A stretch of 61,140 nt of DNA from an uncultured Gammaproteobacteria bacterium. Its GTDB lineage: Bacteria; Patescibacteriota; Microgenomatia; JAMCZE01. Shown piece after piece: positions 10,204 to 17,745 of the stretch; position 1 is the first letter of the stretch; each line of letters opens with the position of its first letter. A program made the translations under genes and the position numbers. Location: NCBI GenBank assembly GCA_964641255.1, contig CAZXMM010000002.1, positions 1 to 61,140 on the forward strand, read 5' to 3'. The notes beneath the pieces were generated by a model that searched no databases, had not been told where the DNA came from, and worked only from the letters and a program-made list of their open reading frames with translations.

Positions 10204-10240
10204 CACCGCCCGTCAAGGCAGCAAAGTCGACAGCGCCTGA
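9698..10240 (+). CDS. LAGLIDADG homing endonuclease (single-motif type) encoded in 16S insertion 1
   Basis: LVGLVDGEGCF motif near the N-terminus; 180 aa. The ORF stop lies about 37 nt inside the downstream 16S exon. Confidence 0.75.
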   Translation: MYTFNEGMNSKLNPYYLVGLVDGEGCFCVTFNKHKNNRLLEVRLIFEIELRKDDREILERVRETLQCGNIYDLSYERYSKWKPHCKFKVSNIKDITQKVIPFFQDFPLQAKKKHSFKTFCEVAKLMLNKQHLTASGINEIRALREFSKRLAGCGKSARPVGRDRFLIPVTARQGSKVDSA

Positions 10241-10293
10241 AGATCCCCGCTTGCGGGGGTTGACGGTGAGGCCGGCGATGAGGCTTAAGTCGT

Positions 10294-11009
10294 GGAGCCG
10301 AAAAGGCTTTTTGTCGCGACCTTTCAAAGTAATTTGGATGCAAAATTTGGCTGTATCGGTGGAGCCTAACTTGTGATTAAATTTAGTCACTAACAAGGTA
10401 ATACCGAGGGAAGTCTCCTGATTAAAAGGGATGACCCCGTAGAGACTACATGCCAACACCACAGATAACAAAGGCTTATTTGCTTGGAATATTACATGAC
10501 GCAACTGAAAGAAAAACTACTTTCAGAATCGCCACTAAGAACATTGATTTCGCTAAAATACTTGTGAATGGTATTCATTCACTTGGAGTAGGCGCTTGGT
10601 CTTATAAAGAAGGAAAGACTCGCAATCTCTGGATTGTTGAGTTTTCAAAATCTTTGTTAAATGACACAAGCGTTTCCTCAAAAAGGGATAAAATTGATTA
10701 TCTTAGGGGATATTTTGATGCTGAAGGTGGAATTGCCAAGAATTCGAGTATTCGTTACTATCTCTACTTTTGCCAAAAAAATAAGACAGAATTAGAAGAA
10801 GCCAAGAAATACTTAGAAGAACTCGGTATCAATTGTGGCAAAGTACATAATCCAAGCGTTAGGATGGATCCTAATTATTGGCGGTTTTTTGTAGGAGTAA
10901 AATCCTATAACAAATTCGCTAAAACAATTGGGTCATTGCATCCAGAAAAAGTTTGTTATTTGCGGATGAAGATATAGTCCATGCCCCACGAAAGTCGGGG
11001 ATTAACATG
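10294..11009 (+). mobile_element. group I intron in 16S between AAGTCGT and AACAAGGTAACC (E. coli ~1495)
   Basis: The upstream exon ends in T (10293) and the intron ends in G (11009). Core-like ATACCGAGGGAAGTC...GACCCCGTA and GAAGATATAGTC motifs are shared with the 23S introns. Confidence 0.7.
10450..10977 (+). CDS. LAGLIDADG homing endonuclease encoded in 16S intron 2
   Basis: AYLLGILHDAT (degenerate first motif) and YLRGYFDAEGGI (second motif). 175 aa, entirely inside the intron. Confidence 0.75.
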   Translation: MPTPQITKAYLLGILHDATERKTTFRIATKNIDFAKILVNGIHSLGVGAWSYKEGKTRNLWIVEFSKSLLNDTSVSSKRDKIDYLRGYFDAEGGIAKNSSIRYYLYFCQKNKTELEEAKKYLEELGINCGKVHNPSVRMDPNYWRFFVGVKSYNKFAKTIGSLHPEKVCYLRMKI

Positions 11010-11157
11010 AACAAGGTAACCGTAGCCGAAGCTGCGGTTGGATCACCTCCTTTCTAAGAGGTATCTCACTTCATTCAAAGACCCCGCCTCTGGCGAGGTA
11101 CCGGATGATAAATAACTCTCAGTTTTTTTAATTGGTTTACTGACTAAAGAAAACCAG

Positions 11158-11183
11158 GTTTCCTGCCACTTTTAAAAAGTCAA
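11158..11183 (+). other. 3' arm of the pre-16S processing stem
   Basis: Reverse complement of 7970-7997 (see the 5' arm). Confidence 0.7.
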
Positions 11184-11203
11184 AACTTTTTGTCAAACAT
11201 ACT

Positions 11204-11229
11204 ATCCCACCTTTTTGGTGGGATTTTTG
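11204..11229 (+). terminator. intrinsic terminator ending the 16S transcription unit
   Basis: ATCCCACC-ttttt-GGTGGGAT followed by TTTTT. Confidence 0.55.
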
Positions 11230-11412
11230 TTAGCTGGAGTGTCCGACAATGCTTGGAAAAGTAGCGTTGTGCTGATCCATTAATAGACGGAAGCTCTGGG
11301 GCAGGAGCACTAGTTATAAATCTAGCCTTTGACCACCTATTAAAAAAATTGTTAGAGTTCGCTAGTAAAGTTTTTATTGACAGTTAGCCCAGTTATTAGA
11401 TACACTAAAACT

Positions 11413-11877
11413 ATGGAAAATCCTACTTCTACTTTGGCCCCAGTTAGCTATGCCTCTGTCGGGCGGCGCTGGGCCGCAATTATTGTTGACGCCATTATCA
11501 TGATAGTGGCGATTTTTGCTGTCATGATTCCCGTTGTTGCTGTCGTGGGCCTTAGTTCTGGGTCTGAGTATACTGAAACCGGGGGACTACTCTTGTCAGT
11601 TATCTCTCAACTATTATTTTTGGTAGTAGTGGTAGCCTACTCAGTCTTTTTCATTGGTAAAAAAGGGCAAACTCCGGGCAAAATGCTTCTAAAAATTAAA
11701 GTTGTCAAAATTGGCACGAGCGATGCCCCCGGCTACTTACGAGCGTTTCTGAGGGAAATCGTCGGTAAATTTATCTCGGGAGTAGTCTTTGATCTAGGCT
11801 ATCTCTGGGCTATTTGGGATAAAGACAAACAAGCTTGGCATGATAAGATAGCCCAAACTGTGGTAATTAAAGTGTAG
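11413..11877 (+). CDS. RDD-family membrane protein
   Basis: RRWAAIIVDAIIM..., GQTPGKMLLKIKVV and WDKDKQAWHDKIAQTVVIK are typical of the RDD family. The track start at 11377 coincides with a TTGACA -35 box, so ATG 11413 (MENPTS) is preferred. Confidence 0.7.
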   Translation: MENPTSTLAPVSYASVGRRWAAIIVDAIIMIVAIFAVMIPVVAVVGLSSGSEYTETGGLLLSVISQLLFLVVVVAYSVFFIGKKGQTPGKMLLKIKVVKIGTSDAPGYLRAFLREIVGKFISGVVFDLGYLWAIWDKDKQAWHDKIAQTVVIKV

Positions 11878-11881
11878 TTTT

Positions 11882-12844
11882 GTGTCACAGATAGATTTTG
11901 GTGCCATCATTCGGCGCTCCTTTGAACTTACCAAAAAACATAAGTGGCTCTTAGTGTACGGACTCATCTTGGGGGCAGCCTCGGGAGGCGGGGGGTTTAA
12001 CGGCTTGGGAAATTTCAACTCTGACGACCCGGCCAAAGATTTAAATTTCCCTGCGGTGTCTTACGACTGGCTAGTAGACGCGGTTTATGCCGTGCCCCCC
12101 ACTACTTGGTTACTGCTGGGGTTGGGGGTAATTTTTCTACTCATTTTAGGAATTGCGGTTTCTTGGGTGGCGCAAAGCTTTGCTAAAGGGGCCCTGATTG
12201 GAGGCCTAATGGAGGCGGAGAATAAGGGGGAAGTGACCCTTAGGACCAGTGGCCGTTTTGGGTTAGCCACGATTAAACCCCTGATCCTGTACAACTTACT
12301 AGTTTTTGGGGTGACAATACTAATTGTTGGCGTGGCCCTATTGCTCGTTATTCTTAGCAGCCTCGTGTTTACCGTTCTGAGACTGGAATTTTTAATTGCC
12401 GTGGTGGTCTTTATCGCGCTGTTAATTTTTATTATCGCCATGCTGGTATTAGCGATGATGCAAATTTATGCCGACCGACTGATTGTGCTTAAGGGCTACT
12501 CTCCAGATCAAGCTTTGCGTCGGGCACTGTCACTGTCACGGGGCCATTTTTTAACCACTGTTTTAATGAGCCTTATCAATATGACAATTTCTTGTAGTCT
12601 AGGCTGCCTCAGTACGGTTTTCCTCGCCGTTTTCTTGGGCATTCCCGCGGCGATTGCCCTGATCCCATCTTTTCAAAACGGTTTTCAACTGCCCTCAGTA
12701 CCCGTGCTAATCTTTTTAGCAGTGCTTTTGATTTTAGCGGTTATTGCCGGAACGGTTTTTCGCGCGGCGGTAGTGGTGTTTAATTTTAGCAACTGGAACC
12801 TACTCTTTACTAAACTACTTGCAGACGAGGAGGAAAATAAATGA
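11882..12844 (+). CDS. polytopic membrane protein, unknown function
   Basis: 320-aa ORF with a GTG start and multiple long hydrophobic helices. Its stop overlaps the next start (ATGA at 12841-12844). Confidence 0.55.
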   Translation: MSQIDFGAIIRRSFELTKKHKWLLVYGLILGAASGGGGFNGLGNFNSDDPAKDLNFPAVSYDWLVDAVYAVPPTTWLLLGLGVIFLLILGIAVSWVAQSFAKGALIGGLMEAENKGEVTLRTSGRFGLATIKPLILYNLLVFGVTILIVGVALLLVILSSLVFTVLRLEFLIAVVVFIALLIFIIAMLVLAMMQIYADRLIVLKGYSPDQALRRALSLSRGHFLTTVLMSLINMTISCSLGCLSTVFLAVFLGIPAAIALIPSFQNGFQLPSVPVLIFLAVLLILAVIAGTVFRAAVVVFNFSNWNLLFTKLLADEEENK

Positions 12845-13401
12845 CGACCAAAAATGAGTCACCCGCCCATCCACTACACCGGTTTCTCGCCTGGTTGACC
12901 GATTACCTCCTTGGTTTTCTCAGTGTCCTAGGTGGCGTCTGGTTAGTCTCGACCACGACCAGGCTGGAGGTAATTCTAGCTAATCTGGCGCTGTCCCTAG
13001 CCCTAGTTTTAATAGCTCCACTGGTTCTACTGGGGCTCAATACTTATCTCACGCACCGGGTGGGGGGTAGCCTCGGGAAAATTGTTTGGGGTTTGGCCAT
13101 TTCTACCCACGGTCACTACCTGTCTTTTGGGTTGGCTCTCTTTCGCAGTACCGTGGGTTACTTGGTGGCTGGTAGTTTTTGCGGTCTGGGCTTTTTGTGG
13201 AGCCTATTTAACCCCCAGCGCCAGGGTTGGCACGACCTGATCCTTGACGATGTAGTGCTAGTTAAAGACCGTTGGGGTTTAATTATTGGCACTCTTAGCC
13301 TAGTCGCCTTAGTGATTGCTTCCAGTTGGCTACTAAGTGTCTCGGTCGCCAATTTTCAGACCCATTCTGGCCTGTATCAGCAAATGGCTAAAAGTTTTTA
13401 G
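12841..13401 (+). CDS. RDD-family membrane protein (second copy)
   Basis: HRFLAWLTDYLLG..., GGSLGKIVWGL and NPQRQGWHDLILDDVVLV. Confidence 0.65.
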   Translation: MTTKNESPAHPLHRFLAWLTDYLLGFLSVLGGVWLVSTTTRLEVILANLALSLALVLIAPLVLLGLNTYLTHRVGGSLGKIVWGLAISTHGHYLSFGLALFRSTVGYLVAGSFCGLGFLWSLFNPQRQGWHDLILDDVVLVKDRWGLIIGTLSLVALVIASSWLLSVSVANFQTHSGLYQQMAKSF

Positions 13402-13429
13402 TAGTTAAAAATCTCCTGCCCAAAAAAGT

Positions 13430-14080
13430 ATGACGCAAATCAACGTTTATTTGTACGGCCCTCCCGGTTGTGGTAAAAGTACCGCCTTTTCACTGTTTAA
13501 AACCAGTCTCAGGCAGCCATTTAGCGAGATTCAAACCGGGCATATCTTTAGAAACGCCAAGCTTGGTGGCGCCTATGAGTGGGTGTGGCATAAAATCCCC
13601 TCAGTGGCCGCTACTATTGCAGGTGGTCGGCTAGTAAATAGTCCGGATACGGTTAGAGTAGTGCGTCTGGAGGAAGAGAGAAATAGACATAAGCCCGGCA
13701 GCAAGCTGCGTTTTTATGACGGTTTCCCTCGGACCCAGGCTCAGCTTTGGGCTAATGATAAACATAATAATTACCTGAGGCGCTTGGGTCAGAGAATTAT
13801 TGAAGTCCATGTGTTGTTTGAACTAGCCAAAGAAGAGGCGGAAAAACGGATGAATCTGGGGGATACGACTGACCGTCAGGACCGCTCTGACCGGGGGAAA
13901 GCCAAGAAGCGTCTCCACACCTACTTTAGTCAAACGGCCCCGATGATTGAGACTCTACGGCAGCAGGGCCGGTTACTGGTAGTTGATGCATCCCTGACTA
14001 GGGAGGAAGTCGCTAGTCTGGCTAAGCAGGTAATTGCTCAGAGTTTAGAGTCGCGGAATATAAGCGGGCTAGTAGGTTAG
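13430..14080 (+). CDS. adenylate-kinase-family P-loop nucleoside monophosphate kinase (divergent)
   Basis: P-loop LYGPPGCGKST, GHIFRN, and YDGFPRTQAQ (compare the adenylate kinase GFPRTxxQA motif). Confidence 0.55.
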   Translation: MTQINVYLYGPPGCGKSTAFSLFKTSLRQPFSEIQTGHIFRNAKLGGAYEWVWHKIPSVAATIAGGRLVNSPDTVRVVRLEEERNRHKPGSKLRFYDGFPRTQAQLWANDKHNNYLRRLGQRIIEVHVLFELAKEEAEKRMNLGDTTDRQDRSDRGKAKKRLHTYFSQTAPMIETLRQQGRLLVVDASLTREEVASLAKQVIAQSLESRNISGLVG

Positions 14081-15115
14081 CTACTTAGTCTTTTGGGTAA
14101 AATTATCGAATTCCTGCAAAAATTGCTGGCCACTAGCAGGGATAATATCCAGGATAGCGGTTAACAAGTGGGGTAATTCTTTGGCGAAGGGTCTAATCTT
14201 AGCTTCGATCAAGGGTTTTAGCCAGGGGTTTTGTCTCCAAGGATGAAGAGACCCACCAAGATCAGTCACAAATTTATCAGCCCAATCAAGCCGAAATGGT
14301 TTAGTCAATCCCGCGATCAGTTCCGGAGCGGCTAGGGCTAGGTCTCTCTCTTTGGCCGCTAGCTGATCTAGGGGCAAGGCGGCCAAATCAACAAATTGTT
14401 CCACTAGGGGGAAACTACTCTTAGCGATTTCCCTTGGGCGGGTTTTTAGCTCGGTAGCTACTGCGACCAGGGCCTGGGCTGCGGCTTCGGAAAGGGAAAG
14501 CTTGGGATTTGACTCTTTAACTTGGTAGGTTTTGTCATGGACTAGATCTAAAAATTTCCGAGCCTCCACTGTGGCTTCTTCTTTGGGGCTAACAAATTGA
14601 GTCAGCTTTTCGACAGTGGGCCGGATTTTTTTCAGCTCAGCCCGGGCTTGGGGTAATAGAGAGGGAACGATCTCTAAAAGCTTCTTATCAATTTCCCGAC
14701 CAAGAAAGTATTGACAAATCAGGGCTACTGGTAAGAGGAAAATAGTTGCGGCCATGAGGTTGAGAATAAAATCTAAGCGTTTGGCCGGGTGGTGATTTGG
14801 TAGTAGTGCCAGAGCGAAATTGCGGTAGGGGGACATGTCGTCTGGCTGAAGCTTCCTGGTAGCTGCCTTTTCAGCTAAAGAGACAAGAGCTAGAGCCCCC
14901 CTGACTCGGCCTAAATCAGCCAGTTTACTGTCAGCGGCTGGCCCCTGTGCGGTGTAGAGGGTTCGTTCTGCCCGGTGGAGGGTATTAGCAATATTTTTTT
15001 TGGGAACACCAAGTAGTTGGTCGGGGAGGGTGTTTTTTGGAGCGCTACCTAGAGCTCGCCAAACTTGTTCTTTAGTCACTTTCGGGCCAACTGCTGAAAT
15101 TTCTTGTTTTATCAT
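14081..15115 (-). CDS. hypothetical protein
   Basis: 344-aa ORF, mostly helical-looking, with one hydrophobic segment (LMAATIFLLPVALICQYFLG). Confidence 0.5.
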   Translation of the reverse strand: MIKQEISAVGPKVTKEQVWRALGSAPKNTLPDQLLGVPKKNIANTLHRAERTLYTAQGPAADSKLADLGRVRGALALVSLAEKAATRKLQPDDMSPYRNFALALLPNHHPAKRLDFILNLMAATIFLLPVALICQYFLGREIDKKLLEIVPSLLPQARAELKKIRPTVEKLTQFVSPKEEATVEARKFLDLVHDKTYQVKESNPKLSLSEAAAQALVAVATELKTRPREIAKSSFPLVEQFVDLAALPLDQLAAKERDLALAAPELIAGLTKPFRLDWADKFVTDLGGSLHPWRQNPWLKPLIEAKIRPFAKELPHLLTAILDIIPASGQQFLQEFDNFTQKTK

Positions 15116-15151
15116 CTATTAAATTCCGCCCTTTGCTCTAATAAAATCTTG

Positions 15152-15224
15152 AGGCTTGGAGGGGAATCGAACCCCTGCAGTAGAAGTTTTGCAGACTCCC
15201 GTGTTTCCACTTCACCACCAAGCC
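15152..15224 (-). tRNA. tRNA-Cys: tRNA-Cys (GCA)
   Basis: Reverse complement folds as GGCTTGG/CCAAGCC acceptor, anticodon arm GGAGT-CTGCAAA-ACTTC, and T arm AGGGG-TTCGATT-CCCCT. No encoded CCA. Confidence 0.85.
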
Positions 15225-15530
15225 ACCAGGCTATTTTAGCAGATTTAGAGGTGCTTCAGGAATCTTTCACAATCCATACCAAAATTTTGTTGTCTTCACT
15301 TTTGGATGGAGTATGGTGCGTGTACGCTTGAGTTACATATTCCAGAACTATTGCTCGCGGCACTATTTCTGTTTGTGGGGGATGCACTCATTCGGTAAGT
15401 GGAAACTACTTCTGAGAAGCTGTTGTTTTTCTTGGGTGATTTAATTAACGAGGTTTTTTGTTGGCTTTTGAAGCTATGGTGCAAGTGGTTAGGCTAGGCA
15501 ACAATTTTTCTAAACTTCATTTAATATAGA

Positions 15531-17744
15531 GTGATGAATAATTATGGCGAACCCAGCTCGGGAGATGTCCTTGGAATAACACAATCACCTGCACAAGAAG
15601 GTAATGAAGTGTCTCATGACAAAATTCGATTACAAGAACGATTTGAACTCGCTGATACCAGCGAAAAGCTAATAGTAGAAAACTTTTTTCTTCTTACTTG
15701 TGTGGGAAAAGGGTTTAAACCTTTAGAGCGAGGTCCTGAAGAAGCTGAAAAAACGTTCACAACCCAAGATGGCGTCATTTTTAAAACCAAAGGAGCCAAA
15801 GGATACTTTTCTGTTCCACTTAGAAACAGACATTCTCAAATAGAAGACAGATTGTGGATAGAACGAGAGTTTAGTTCTCCTGAAGAACTAGTTTTTTTCT
15901 TGAGAGAACACGAACTAGATCCCACCCAAGAGAGAGACGATTCGTCTCCAAGCCCCTTTGGACAGAACTTGCCTGAAGACTATGACATTCAAAGTTTTGT
16001 GGCGGAAACAGAGCGGCATACAATCCCTCATATTATCGAAGAATATGGTACCGGTGATTTATTTAGAAGTGTCTACGGAGGTATATCGCGGATTGAATAT
16101 AAAAATGCATTCAGAGAAGTGCTTAAAAGTGCAGATCCTCATTTGATCAGGAAAATAAAAAGATTTATCGCTCATGATGGCAAACTGTTGCAGGAAAACT
16201 ACGTAGCAATGATTGCCAAACTCGGTGATGAAGGGAATTTTAAATTTAGTCAAAAGTTACCATTTCAGGAATTAACTCATTATTCTTCTGAACCACTAAC
16301 TGGAAATCAAATTAATTCATCTCATGCCTTAACTAATGCTCTGTATCCCGAGGGATTTCAAAAGTATCTTTTTGACGTTATAAAATCCGGTAATCAGGAG
16401 GAGGCAAATCAAATCTTATTCGATCATTCATACCAACCCCAACCTGAAGGAACAACATTTGGATACCCAGTTAAGGGAAGAATTCGTCCTTATAATGTCT
16501 TTTTAGGCATTCATGACAGTGTGTTTCTGGGGACAGAATTTGGTTGTGGAATGGCTGCTAGAGCCATTGGAGCCTTTCGAAATAGTTTTTCTGTAAATGA
16601 ACTGCTTAAGGCTCCTATGTTGGTTGTCCCAGGTAACTTTGATCAAGTTCTCAATACTATGTCGAGAGATTTGACAACCTCAAGATCAATTACTAATTTC
16701 ACTAGTGAGCAAATACAGATGGCACTAGGGCAAATCATCGATCAATCTATGGATTTACCTCATTTTTTAGAATATTTCAAAAGGTATGTGGAAGTGGTTT
16801 TCAACTCGGAGGAATCATATTGGAACTACATCAAGACTCAATCTGCAACTGCCCGCCCCGCGCAAGTCTCGCTGCTTGGTCAATACGGTCTTGACGGTCT
16901 TAAACCCGATGAACAAAAACGCGCTAGAGATTTATGGCAAGAATCTGGGATAATTCCTCCTTTTATGTCGGAATTCCTAGTGCGCAGAAACCTAAACATT
17001 GCTGAGGAAAACAAAGACTACCAGTTTTTAGGGCACGAATTAGATGGTGCAGAATTTAAATTGCGCCAAGTTAATATAGCGGTGGGCTCCAATCAAGGAT
17101 TTTGGGCAGAAGATGAAACTCGCCAACAATGGTATATAAAAATGTATCCTCATCCCTCGCAAGTAATTGTGGAACAGCTGTCAAATGAAGTTTACCGTGA
17201 ACTAGGTATTCCTGTAGCAGAAACAAAAATAATTACCCTAGGTGATAGGGTGGCTTTTTGTTCGAAGAAATTGCCCAATGTTTCTCTTTGTAGTGTTGCT
17301 GACTTGGAGAAAGATAGTGAGTTTAAAAAGTATTTTGTTGTTGATGCCTATTTGGGGAATCGGGATGTTATTGGGGAAGGTAACCAAGAAGCGCAGAATG
17401 TAGTCCGAAGTAATGAGCGTTTTTATCGAATCGACCAAGGAGGTTGCATGATCTTTTCAGCCCAAGGGGATCGTAAGGATTTTGGTCGAGACGTTGCAGA
17501 AATTGATTCGATGAGAAATGAGGCTATCAATCCTGCCGCCGCCAAAGTCTTTATTGGCCTAGATGATAGCGATATTTTAAATGCTGTAAGGGAGATTTCT
17601 GAAAAAATCACTCCTGAATGGATAGAAAAAAAACTCGAAAAATATACTATAGATCCAGCTGACAAAATGGCGATTATGGCAGGTCTCTTAGGGAGAAGAG
17701 ACTATTTGAGAGAAAGGTTTTTAGCTGAAAAAATAGAAGTGTAA
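15531..17744 (+). CDS. large hypothetical protein with a C-terminal PI3/PI4-kinase-like (atypical kinase) domain
   Basis: GSNQGFWAEDETRQQWYIKMY (G-loop plus Lys), NEVYRELG, VVDAYLGNRDVIGEGNQEAQNVV (catalytic-loop-like D..N.D....N) and YRIDQGGCMIF (IDNG/DFG-like). The first ~500 aa have no recognisable motif. Confidence 0.5.
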   Translation: MMNNYGEPSSGDVLGITQSPAQEGNEVSHDKIRLQERFELADTSEKLIVENFFLLTCVGKGFKPLERGPEEAEKTFTTQDGVIFKTKGAKGYFSVPLRNRHSQIEDRLWIEREFSSPEELVFFLREHELDPTQERDDSSPSPFGQNLPEDYDIQSFVAETERHTIPHIIEEYGTGDLFRSVYGGISRIEYKNAFREVLKSADPHLIRKIKRFIAHDGKLLQENYVAMIAKLGDEGNFKFSQKLPFQELTHYSSEPLTGNQINSSHALTNALYPEGFQKYLFDVIKSGNQEEANQILFDHSYQPQPEGTTFGYPVKGRIRPYNVFLGIHDSVFLGTEFGCGMAARAIGAFRNSFSVNELLKAPMLVVPGNFDQVLNTMSRDLTTSRSITNFTSEQIQMALGQIIDQSMDLPHFLEYFKRYVEVVFNSEESYWNYIKTQSATARPAQVSLLGQYGLDGLKPDEQKRARDLWQESGIIPPFMSEFLVRRNLNIAEENKDYQFLGHELDGAEFKLRQVNIAVGSNQGFWAEDETRQQWYIKMYPHPSQVIVEQLSNEVYRELGIPVAETKIITLGDRVAFCSKKLPNVSLCSVADLEKDSEFKKYFVVDAYLGNRDVIGEGNQEAQNVVRSNERFYRIDQGGCMIFSAQGDRKDFGRDVAEIDSMRNEAINPAAAKVFIGLDDSDILNAVREISEKITPEWIEKKLEKYTIDPADKMAIMAGLLGRRDYLRERFLAEKIEV

Positions 17745-17745
17745 T

